Positions 1 to 5,793 of a DNA stretch of 37,699 nucleotides are shown one piece after another; the first letter of the stretch is position 1; the number at the start of each line of letters is the position of its first letter. The stretch comes from a virus. The notes below the pieces were generated by a model. The model did no database searches and was not told the DNA's origin. It saw only the letters and a program-made list of their open reading frames with translations. The stretch is from the IMG/VR virus record IMGVR_UViG_3300028429_000330; one strand, 5' to 3'. A program made the position numbers and the translations under genes.

Positions 1-141
1 GCCCGACGCCGCAGTTCGTGGGCACGCCTGACGCAATCACGTTCGCTTCAGGCATTCCGGCGTACTTCCGTATTCGTTGATTCCGGTGATTACCATGCTA
101 GAGGCTTTCGCGCTCGCGCTCACTATTGAGGTGGGCGCCAC
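1..141. repeat. Terminal overlap, identical to 37559-37699 (circular-contig closure; unit length 37,558 bp)
   Basis: Read base by base. Both copies run gcccgacgccgcagttcgtg ... cactattgaggtgggcgccac. Copy 1 holds the last 80 nt (stop TGA 78-80) of the CDS that starts at 36307, plus 61 nt downstream. Confidence 0.95.
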
Positions 142-220
142 GCCGGCGCTCAAGGCGTCAATCATCACCACGCCGGCCAGCGCGACCGAAAATCTCGCTC
201 TACGGTGCACGTATTTCTAA
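95..220 (+). CDS. Hypothetical 41-aa micro-ORF (MLEAFALALTIEVGATPALKASIITTPASATENLALRCTYF)
   Basis: ATG 95, TAA 218-220. Below the ORF-track cutoff. GC-rich third positions in frame, but no clear SD. Fills the gap between the tail-fibre stop and the next gene. Confidence 0.25.
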   Translation: MLEAFALALTIEVGATPALKASIITTPASATENLALRCTYF

Positions 221-225
221 CGGCG

Positions 226-678
226 ATGCGGATCATCTTCGCGCGGCGCCCAACGCTCGGTAGTGCGCTCATCCGCTGGTTCACCTGGAGCCGGTGGTCG
301 CACGTGGCGGTGACCTTCGACGGGCACACCGTCATCGACACCACGTTCAAGCACGGCGGCGTAAAGGTGCACAGCTGGCGCGCGTTCACGGACGATTACG
401 CCGACCGCGAGATCCTCGACATGCCGCTGCCTGACGAGGCCGCCGCCGAGCGCTGGCTGTTGAGGCAGCTGCACAAGCCCTACGACTGGACCGCGCTGGT
501 CGGCCTGGTCCTGCGCTCGCGCCGCTGGGCCGACGCCGACAGCTGGTTCTGCAGCGAGCTGGTGGCCGCAGCCTGCGCCGCCGGCGGCCTGCCGCTGTTC
601 CGTGAAGACGCGGCGCGCATCACCCCGCGCGACCTGGCGGTGCTGAACCTGCCGCGACTGGTGCTGGCCGCCCCGTAA
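226..678 (+). CDS. Permuted papain-fold hydrolase (NlpC/P60 superfamily, YiiX/C92-like), virion- or lysis-associated
   Basis: ORF track 205..678; ATG 226 (MRIIFARRP) preferred. His motif SRWSHVAV comes before Cys motif DSWFCSELVAAA, the permuted order of YiiX-like amidases. Last gene before terminator 733-772. Confidence 0.6.
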   Translation: MRIIFARRPTLGSALIRWFTWSRWSHVAVTFDGHTVIDTTFKHGGVKVHSWRAFTDDYADREILDMPLPDEAAAERWLLRQLHKPYDWTALVGLVLRSRRWADADSWFCSELVAAACAAGGLPLFREDAARITPRDLAVLNLPRLVLAAP

Positions 679-732
679 AGAGTGTCTCCCTCGCGCCGTG
701 CGGCCTGCAGGTCCGCCGGCGCGTTCTCAGCA

Positions 733-772
733 GCGGCCCCGGTGATTCATGGCACCGGGGCCGCTTCTTTTT
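733..772 (+). terminator. Rho-independent terminator closing the tail operon
   Basis: Perfect 12-bp stem GCGGCCCCGGTG / CACCGGGGCCGC with an 8-nt loop, followed by TTCTTTTT. Confidence 0.8.
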
Positions 773-837
773 CCACCCCGCATTCCCCGGAGCTGGCCTT
801 GGCCGATCACCTCTCTACCGGCGCCGCCGTGGTTAGC

Positions 838-1191
838 ATGGCCGCGGGCGCCAGCCTCACGGCCGTGCTCGAGCAGGCCAGCGTGGCCTTCTTTGGCGTG
901 CCGCTGGCCGCCGTGACCGCCGCCATGACCGGCGCCATGGTCCCGGCGCTGCTGCTCGACGCCGAGCCCCTGCGCGAGGCCCTGCGCCGGTGGCTGGGCA
1001 GCGTGGCGCTCGCCCTCGTGGCCACCGCGCTGCTGCTGCACGTCCTTGGCCTCGAAAAGCCCCACGCGATTGGCGTGGCCGGCCTGGTGGCCGCCTTTGG
1101 GCGAGACATCTTCTCGGCCGTGCGTGGCCAGCTCGGCCCCCTGGCCGCGGCCGTGCGCGAGCTCGTCACCCGCAACCGCAAGGAGGGCTGA
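838..1191 (+). CDS. Putative holin-like lysis membrane protein (117 aa)
   Basis: In frame with ORF 682..1191, but the terminator at 733-772 lies inside the long version, so ATG 838 is preferred. Several hydrophobic helices (FFGVPLAAVTAAMTGAMVPALLL; GSVALALVATALLLHVLGL; IGVAGLVAAFG). First gene of the lysis cassette. Confidence 0.55.
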   Translation: MAAGASLTAVLEQASVAFFGVPLAAVTAAMTGAMVPALLLDAEPLREALRRWLGSVALALVATALLLHVLGLEKPHAIGVAGLVAAFGRDIFSAVRGQLGPLAAAVRELVTRNRKEG

Positions 1192-1457
1192 TGGCCTCGG
1201 TCTTGACGATCGTCTCCACCGCGCTGCTGCTCGTGTGGTGCTTCTGGCGCCTGAACCTGACCGCCGGCCGCGGCCACTGGTGGCTCAAGCTCAGCGTGTG
1301 GGGCATCTTCGGCAGCGCCGCCTGGTGGCTCGCCGCGCAGCTGCAGGGCGAGCCCGCCGGCCCGGCGCAGGCCGCCACGCTGGCCAGCATGTGCTGCTAC
1401 CTCGCGTGGGGCATGTGGCGCGACTGGCTCAACCGCCGCGAGCGGGGCCTGCCATGA
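1191..1457 (+). CDS. Putative holin (88 aa, three hydrophobic segments, charged C-terminus)
   Basis: ATG 1191 overlaps the upstream stop (TGATG), with AGGAGGG SD upstream. TM-like segments VLTIVSTALLLVWCFW, LSVWGIFGSAAWWLAA and LASMCCYLAWGMW, then RDWLNRRERGLP. Lies directly upstream of the endolysin. Confidence 0.6.
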   Translation: MASVLTIVSTALLLVWCFWRLNLTAGRGHWWLKLSVWGIFGSAAWWLAAQLQGEPAGPAQAATLASMCCYLAWGMWRDWLNRRERGLP

Positions 1458-1921
1458 CCAGCCCCATCCTCCCCACCGATCGCCTCAGCGAGTACTTCAC
1501 CTGGCACGAGGCCACGCACAGCGAGACCGCCGTGCGTCTGGGCATCGACAACACCCCGCCGGCCACCGTGCGCGACAACATCCGCCACACCGCCGAGCGC
1601 ATGGACCGCCTGCGTCGCTTTGTCGGCCGGCCGCTGTGGGTCACGAGCTGGTACCGCAGCCTGCCGCTGAACCGCGCGCTCAACAGCCCGGCCAGCAGCG
1701 CGCACGTGCAGGGCTTCGCGGTCGACTTCGTGTCGCCCGGCTACGGCAGCACGCGCGAGCTGTTCGACCTGCTGGCCCCGCTGGCGCTGGACATGGGGTG
1801 CGACCAGGTCATCCAGGAGTTCGCCGGCAGCGCGCGCGGCGGCTGGGTGCATGTCTCGTTCGACCCGCGCGGGCGGGGGCAGAAGCTGGTGATTGATGGC
1901 AGCGGGACGAGGTTCGCGTGA
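1454..1921 (+). CDS. Endolysin, peptidase M15 (VanY / L-Ala-D-Glu peptidase-like) family
   Basis: ATG 1454 inside ORF 1046..1921. Zinc-ligand pattern SSAHVQGFAVDF ... GGWVHVSF (H-x6-D ... H), and the N-terminal FTWHEATHSETA motif typical of Peptidase_M15_3. Confidence 0.85.
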   Translation: MTSPILPTDRLSEYFTWHEATHSETAVRLGIDNTPPATVRDNIRHTAERMDRLRRFVGRPLWVTSWYRSLPLNRALNSPASSAHVQGFAVDFVSPGYGSTRELFDLLAPLALDMGCDQVIQEFAGSARGGWVHVSFDPRGRGQKLVIDGSGTRFA

Positions 1922-2076
1922 GCGCCGACCTGCTGCTGATCCTGCTGCTGGTGGCGCTGGCGCTGCTGCCGGCCTGCACCTCATCCGGCGGCCGGCCCAA
2001 CGTCAACCCGCGGCCAACCGGCCGGCGACCGCCGCCGCCGCCGGCGCCGCCGCCCAAGAAGAGGATCGCGCCATGA
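1918..2076 (+). CDS. 52-aa signal-peptide / lipoprotein-like, proline-rich micro-protein (MSADLLLILLLVALALLPAC|TSSGGRPNVNPRPTGRRPPPPPAPPPKKRIAP)
   Basis: GTG 1918 overlaps the endolysin stop (GTGA); its stop overlaps the next start (ATGA). Third positions are very GC-rich. Hydrophobic leader ends in LLPAC, a non-canonical lipobox with Pro at -2. Not in the ORF track (<60 aa). Confidence 0.45.
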   Translation: MSADLLLILLLVALALLPACTSSGGRPNVNPRPTGRRPPPPPAPPPKKRIAP

Positions 2077-2189
2077 CCAAGCCCAAGGCTACTTACCGCT
2101 ACCGCAGCGCCGTCACCGGCCGCTACGTGAAGGCCGCCTACGCCAAGCGGTACCCCGCGCGCACCGTGCGCGAGCGGGTGCGGCGGTGA
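2073..2189 (+). CDS. 38-aa highly basic micro-protein (MTKPKATYRYRSAVTGRYVKAAYAKRYPARTVRERVRR)
   Basis: ATGA overlap upstream and GTGA overlap downstream. Resembles the small YRSxxTGRFV..AK.HP family that I recall seeing in phages and plasmids; this is recollection, not a search. Confidence 0.45.
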   Translation: MTKPKATYRYRSAVTGRYVKAAYAKRYPARTVRERVRR

Positions 2190-2746
2190 TCCCCGGCCTG
2201 CCCGCGCCGCTGGCCAGCCTGCGCGCTGCGCTGGCCGTGGCGGGCCTGCTGGCGGTGCTGGCGGTGCTCGCTGCGGTCTACCTGCTCGGGCGCAGCCACG
2301 AGGCTGCTGGCTGGCGCCTGAAGGCCGCCCAGGCCGCCGCCGCCACCGAGCGCGCCATCGCCATCGAGCAGGGGCGCCAGCGCAGCATCGAGCAGCAATG
2401 GCGCGCCACCGTCGACCAGCAAGCCCAGGAGCTCACCCATGCCCGCAAGACCATCGCTGATCAGGCTGCTCGCCTCGCTGCTCTGCGGCTCGATGCTGGC
2501 CAGCTGCGCAACCAGCTCGCCGGCTACGCCGCCGGTCCCCCCGGCGCGGATCCCGCCGCCACCTGTCCAGCCCGGGCTGCCGCACTTGCAGCCTATGGTG
2601 CCGATCTTGGAGCCGCTGCTGCGGCGGTTGGACGAGCTGCTCGCCAGGCCGCCCTCGAGCGAGACCAGTTCGCTGCCGAAGTCCTCGCCTGCGCCCGCGC
2701 CTGGCCTACAGCGCCAGGCGTGATCGACCCGTTTCCTGGGCGGTAG
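2186..2746 (+). CDS. i-spanin (Rz-like): N-terminal TM anchor plus periplasmic coiled coil
   Basis: ORF track 186 aa. TM segment LAVAGLLAVLAVLAAVYLL, followed by an Ala/Gln/Arg-rich helical region. Contains an embedded +1-frame lipoprotein ORF. Last gene of the lysis cassette. Confidence 0.75.
   Translation: MIPGLPAPLASLRAALAVAGLLAVLAVLAAVYLLGRSHEAAGWRLKAAQAAAATERAIAIEQGRQRSIEQQWRATVDQQAQELTHARKTIADQAARLAALRLDAGQLRNQLAGYAAGPPGADPAATCPARAAALAAYGADLGAAAAAVGRAARQAALERDQFAAEVLACARAWPTAPGVIDPFPGR
2439..2723 (+). CDS. o-spanin (Rz1-like) outer-membrane lipoprotein, fully embedded in the i-spanin gene
   Basis: ORF track 94 aa. Signal peptide MPARPSLIRLLASLLCGSMLAS|C has a canonical lipobox L-A-S-C. 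The mature part is proline-rich (PATPPVPPARIPPPPVQPGLP). Confidence 0.75.
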   Translation: MPARPSLIRLLASLLCGSMLASCATSSPATPPVPPARIPPPPVQPGLPHLQPMVPILEPLLRRLDELLARPPSSETSSLPKSSPAPAPGLQRQA

Positions 2747-2750
2747 GTCG

Positions 2751-3062
2751 TTACTCTTCCTTCTCCCGCGCGAGCGCCCGGCAACTGAGCTTGGCCTCGC
2801 GCGCGGTCTTCTTCCGGTGCGCCTCAGTGGTCAGCCACTGCAGGTTGCTCACCGCGTCACTGCCGCCGCACTTCAGTGGCGTCACATGATCCACTTCCCA
2901 GCCCTTACACGCGCCCGTCGACTTCCCGGTCGAAGGGCAGGGCGCCAGCCGCTTGAACTCCGCCACCACGGCGCGCGATCGGCCCTGCGACAGTGCTACC
3001 CCACACGGGGCTAGCGTCAACGCAATGGCGAGGCTGTACGCAAGCAGGCGGGGCATCCTCAT
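2751..3062 (-). CDS. Secreted (periplasmic) small HNH / His-Me-finger motif protein; moron next to attP
   Basis: In ORF 2751..3167; start MRMPRLL at 3062 (or 3056). Signal peptide MRMPRLLAYSLAIALTLAPCGVALSQ. Motif GWEVDHVTPLKCGGSDAVSNLQWLTTEAHRKKT (D-H...N...H). Six Cys in the mature part. Convergent with the spanin genes across a 4-nt gap. Confidence 0.7.
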   Translation of the reverse strand: MRMPRLLAYSLAIALTLAPCGVALSQGRSRAVVAEFKRLAPCPSTGKSTGACKGWEVDHVTPLKCGGSDAVSNLQWLTTEAHRKKTAREAKLSCRALAREKEE

Positions 3063-3179
3063 GGCGCAGGCTACCTTGTTGGTAAACGGCCGCTTTTGGC
3101 CATGCGTCCCGCAGGCAAGGCACGACGCGTTACCAACCGCACGACGGCCAAGTCCTTGAAGTGTCACGAAACCGCCGGA

Positions 3180-3226
3180 GATTCGTAATCAGTAGGTCGG
3201 TGGTTCGAGTCCACTCAGCAGCACCA
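3180..3226 (+). other. attP core: 3' portion of a tRNA-Thr(CGU) gene, running from the anticodon-stem end to CCA
   Basis: Reads GA-TTCGTAA(anticodon loop, CGT)-TCAGT-AGGTC-GGTGG-TTCGAGT-CCACT-CAGCAGC-A-CCA. The T arm pairs (one G-U). No matching 5' acceptor (GCTGCTG), D arm or 5' anticodon-stem strand lies upstream, so this is a fragment and not a gene. Confidence 0.75.
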
Positions 3227-3256
3227 GGAATCAAGAACTTAGCGCTGCGATCCGAC

Positions 3257-3282
3257 CCGATTACCAACGCGTTGGTAATCGG
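3257..3282. repeat. Perfect 26-bp palindrome CCGATTACCAACG|CGTTGGTAATCGG next to the att core
   Basis: Read directly: the 13-nt arms are exact reverse complements with no loop. Contains TTACC/GGTAA half-sites like the operators, but with an 8-bp spacer. No T-run on either side. Confidence 0.7.
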
Positions 3283-3362
3283 CAGTTGCTACAGCAGGTC
3301 AGGCCGGTGCTTCTTGAGCCAGGCGATGACGTCGCTCAGCACCACCATCGTGCAGTTGGGCG

Positions 3363-3575
3363 TCAAGTGTTCCACTCGCTGCCCGGCGCACGCCGTAGAT
3401 CGACAACCACCTGCCTCAAGTACCGCGGCGCGATGTCTTCGATCTTGGTGATTTCCGTGCTGTGAATCTCGATACCATCGACGTAGCAGCCGGTGCGTTT
3501 CTCTAGGTCAGCCAGCAAGAAAGCGATCTGCCGCTGCACCGCGTCCACGATTCCGCGTCTATCAGTGTCGTACAT
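3363..3575 (-). CDS. Hypothetical 70-aa protein (cassette A, ORF2)
   Basis: ATG at 3575 inside ORF 3363..3677, preceded by GAGAGGAAG SD. GC content by eye is lower than in neighbouring genes. Last gene before attP. Confidence 0.55.
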   Translation of the reverse strand: MYDTDRRGIVDAVQRQIAFLLADLEKRTGCYVDGIEIHSTEITKIEDIAPRYLRQVVVDLRRAPGSEWNT

Positions 3576-3594
3576 CTTCCTCTCTCGGTAGGTC

Positions 3595-3651
3595 GCCCAA
3601 CTGTAGGTCAAGCGGACTCGCTGCGCTCGCCGCTTACCACGGCGTTGTGGC
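3595..3651 (-). promoter_or_regulatory. Conserved 57-nt imperfect hairpin element, copy A (intercistronic / 5'-UTR RNA structure)
   Basis: About 75% identical to 9051..9107 in the same orientation. Folds as P1 GCC(A)CAAC/GUUGGGC, P2 GUGGUAAGCGG/CCGCUU(G)ACC(U)AC, and an apical stem closed by a GCA loop. Differences from copy B are compensatory. Confidence 0.55.
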
Positions 3652-3760
3652 CACCCTCGTTTTCCGAGCGGATGCACAGCAAGCCGGTGGCCGAGTCGAC
3701 TTCCAAGCAGACCGGCAAACCCTCGGCAAGCTCGATCACGCCCTCCATTTGAGTGCTCAT
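3608..3760 (-). CDS. Hypothetical 50-aa protein (cassette A, ORF1; paralog of 9141..9371)
   Basis: ATG 3760 overlaps the integrase stop (ATGA). Sequence MSTQMEGVIELAEGLPVCLEVDSATGLLCIRSENEGGHNAVVSGERSESA. Shares GL.V...VD..TG.LL.(I/V)R...EN.EG with the 9141..9371 product. Not in the ORF track. Confidence 0.45.
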   Translation of the reverse strand: MSTQMEGVIELAEGLPVCLEVDSATGLLCIRSENEGGHNAVVSGERSESA

Positions 3761-4770
3761 CGCAGCGGCCTCACCTTCTCGCCCCGGCGGTAGACCCGCC
3801 GCGTCACCGACTCGCTGGTGTGACCCAGCAGCTCCTGCGCTTGGCGCAGCGAGTCCGAGTCACTGGCCGCCTTGGCCCGCAGATCGCGGAACTGCCAGGC
3901 GGCCAGCGCCACTTTCTCCTGATCCTTCCCGTCCCCACGCACGGCCTCGCGCGCGGCGTCAAAGCGCCGGCGCAGCTGCCAGTAGGTGAGCGGCGTGCCG
4001 TCGTCGTTGGCCAGCACCCACAGCGAGCTGGCTTGCCGCGTGCGGCCGAGCGCGCGCTCGATGATGCTGGCCAGCGCCGGCGTGATCTCGATGCGCAGCG
4101 CCTTGCGCGTCTTGGCCTGGCGCACCTGCAGGTGGCCGTCGACGATGTCGCTGCGCTTGGCGCCGAGAACGTCCTTGACGCGCTGGCCGATGAGCAGCGC
4201 CAGGTCCATGGCGTCCTGCAGCACGCCGTCGGCCTTGGCGTAGACCGCGGCGTACATGGCGTCGGTCACCAGCACGTCGCGCGGGCGTTCCTTGTTCTTG
4301 GTGACGCCGGCCACTGGGTTCTCGCCCTGGGTGTAGTCCCACTCGCGGGCGCGGTTGTAGACGTGGCTGAGCAGCGCCACCTCGCGGTTGGCCATGACCT
4401 TGGCGCTGCGCTTGTCGAGGTAGGCGCGCACGTCGGCGGGGCGAATGTCGGCCACCTGCATGGCGCCGAACACGGCCACCAGGCGCGTGAGCTGCGCGTC
4501 CTGCTCGATCTGCGTCTTCCGGCCCTTGGTGGGCAGCACTTCGCGGCGGTAGCGCGCGGCCACCTGGGCAAAGCTGCTGGCCGGCGCGGTGAGCGGGCCG
4601 GCCTCGAGCTGGGCCCACTGCTGCTTGGCGCGGCCGAGGTCATCGCCCAGCGGCAGCATGCGCTTGCCGCCGGTGTAGTAGTACAGCAGCCGGCCGCCGC
4701 TCTGCCGCGCGGTCATGCGCGGCGGCAGGTCCTTGTGCTTGTGCTTGGGGCGGCCCATGCGGTCCATCAT
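3757..4770 (-). CDS. int: Tyrosine recombinase (phage integrase)
   Basis: ORF 3757..4872; start MMDRMGRPKH at 4770 (4767 or 4758 also possible), an ATGA overlap with the upstream gene. Contains LALLIGQRVKDVL (box I Arg) and LLGHTSESVTRRVYRR (H-x-x-R ... Y). Confidence 0.9.
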   Translation of the reverse strand: MMDRMGRPKHKHKDLPPRMTARQSGGRLLYYYTGGKRMLPLGDDLGRAKQQWAQLEAGPLTAPASSFAQVAARYRREVLPTKGRKTQIEQDAQLTRLVAVFGAMQVADIRPADVRAYLDKRSAKVMANREVALLSHVYNRAREWDYTQGENPVAGVTKNKERPRDVLVTDAMYAAVYAKADGVLQDAMDLALLIGQRVKDVLGAKRSDIVDGHLQVRQAKTRKALRIEITPALASIIERALGRTRQASSLWVLANDDGTPLTYWQLRRRFDAAREAVRGDGKDQEKVALAAWQFRDLRAKAASDSDSLRQAQELLGHTSESVTRRVYRRGEKVRPLR

Positions 4771-5048
4771 GCCATCACCGCAATCTGTTCGCGCACCCGC
4801 ACCGGGGTGAAGCGCCAGCGGCGCAGGTGGTCGGTGCGGGTGCGGTACTGCGCGCGCTTGGCGCGGCACCACGCGACGGCGTCCTTCTTCCGGTCGAAAA
4901 GCAGCGGCCGCGTCGGCTCTCCAGCGTAGTGCGGAGACGGCGGCGGGCAGTTACATCCCGTGCCAAGCAGCTTGCGATGGCGGCCGCCGTCGCCGACCGT
5001 CCAGAACACCACGCCCCACTTGAGGCGGTCCCAGCCCTTGGCCTTCAT
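4767..5048 (-). CDS. Hypothetical 93-aa protein upstream of int
   Basis: ORF track. Strong GC3 in frame. ATGA overlaps at both ends. No motif recognised. Confidence 0.6.
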   Translation of the reverse strand: MKAKGWDRLKWGVVFWTVGDGGRHRKLLGTGCNCPPPSPHYAGEPTRPLLFDRKKDAVAWCRAKRAQYRTRTDHLRRWRFTPVRVREQIAVMA

Positions 5049-5278
5049 GTGATGGCAGCCAGGTTGGGTTCAGCCGCTCGCGGCGGTGAGCTGGTTGCCG
5101 CGCTGATTGGCAGGCGTGGATCCAGTGCAGCGCGCAGCAAGCGCGGCTTGCCGGCGGCGTTGCAGAAATAGTCCGCGCGCTCGGCAAAGCCGTTGCGCTC
5201 GAGCCAGGCGCGCTGCCTGGCCGCGGTCTTGTAGCCGCTCAGGTCGGCCAGCTCGGCGTCGGTGAGCCAGGCGGTCAT
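5045..5278 (-). CDS. DUF4224-like small protein (typical integrase-proximal phage gene)
   Basis: ATG 5278 (MTAWLTDAELADLSGYKTAARQRAWLERNGF...), an ATGA overlap with the upstream gene. The pattern L(T/S)..E(L)A.L(T/S)G.K....Q..WL..NG is recalled from DUF4224. Confidence 0.65.
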   Translation of the reverse strand: MTAWLTDAELADLSGYKTAARQRAWLERNGFAERADYFCNAAGKPRLLRAALDPRLPISAATSSPPRAAEPNLAAIT

Positions 5279-5793
5279 GCGCGGCGGAACTCCACCACCC
5301 AAACCCACGGGTTTGCGCGCCAAGAGTCGGCGCCGTTCAGGTCGCACCACAGGTGTTCGTACCAAACGCGCGGGTCTTCGCCGCGTGCCATGTTGACGAA
5401 AGGGCAACCTTCGGCCATCGCGTCGCCGCGCGTGATGTCTTGCAGCCGCTCGACGCGGACGCCGGTTATCACTAGCGTGATGCGGCTGGCGGCGCGCGGC
5501 ATGAAGATCGACGGGCGCCACTTCAGCGGGCCGTACTCGGCTTTGTCTGGTAGTTGGTCGGTCGCGCGATACCACAGCGCGTCGTCGTAGGGGTTGCATG
5601 CCCACGTCTCGCGCACCCAAAGCCTGTCGCCGGGCGCGCCGAAGGGGCAGCGCGACGGCCCACCATCAGCAGGGGCCACAAGGTCAAGGCGATAGTCGCC
5701 GCCGGGCTTCAGCACGCGCCGCGTCTGCGTCTTGGTCCCTGCCAGCAGGGCGCGCACCATCGGCGCGCTGAACAGGATGCCGCGCTCTTTCAT
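5275..5793 (-). CDS. ASCH-like phage protein (172 aa)
   Basis: ATG 5793, an ATGA overlap with the methyltransferase stop. N-terminus ILFSAPMVRALLAGTKTQTRRV is typical of ASCH-type proteins found next to phage methyltransferases (recollection). Only the last 172 codons of ORF 5275..7542 are used. Confidence 0.6.
   Translation of the reverse strand: MKERGILFSAPMVRALLAGTKTQTRRVLKPGGDYRLDLVAPADGGPSRCPFGAPGDRLWVRETWACNPYDDALWYRATDQLPDKAEYGPLKWRPSIFMPRAASRITLVITGVRVERLQDITRGDAMAEGCPFVNMARGEDPRVWYEHLWCDLNGADSWRANPWVWVVEFRRA

Noticed and set aside
1-141. Terminal 141-bp repeat as a biological direct terminal repeat, LTR or att duplication
   Set aside because: It splits an otherwise intact gene, has no relation to the tRNA-type att core at 3180-3226, and its length equals a common assembler k-mer. 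The HNH+TerS+TerL layout suggests cos ends. It is treated as circular-assembly overlap.
682-1191. Long 169-aa version of the first lysis-cassette ORF (GTG 682), and the 291-aa version of the endolysin ORF (1046..1921)
   Set aside because: The 733-772 terminator lies inside the long form, and its N-terminal 52 aa are non-hydrophobic filler, so ATG 838 is preferred. For the endolysin, the M15 homology starts at ATG 1454, and the upstream part overlaps the holin frames.
3283-3362. Short minus-strand frame downstream of cassette A ORF2 reading ..VEHLTPNCTMVVLSDVIAWLKKHRPDLL*, reminiscent of an excisionase C-terminus
   Set aside because: It is only about 28 codons from a GTG, with no SD and no preceding HTH segment. 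It may be a relic, but it cannot be supported as a gene.
3161-3451. 96-aa plus-strand ORF overlapping the tRNA-like sequence, and the idea that a complete tRNA gene is present
   Set aside because: The ORF runs straight through the tRNA-derived att core and the palindrome. The tRNA reading lacks a 5' acceptor strand, a D arm and the 5' anticodon-stem strand, so it is an att fragment and neither a tRNA gene nor a CDS.
3820-4929. 369-aa plus-strand ORF opposite the integrase (also 3959..4618 and 4266..4643 on the minus strand)
   Set aside because: The integrase frame carries the R...HxxR...Y catalytic signature. The alternatives are low-complexity shadow frames.
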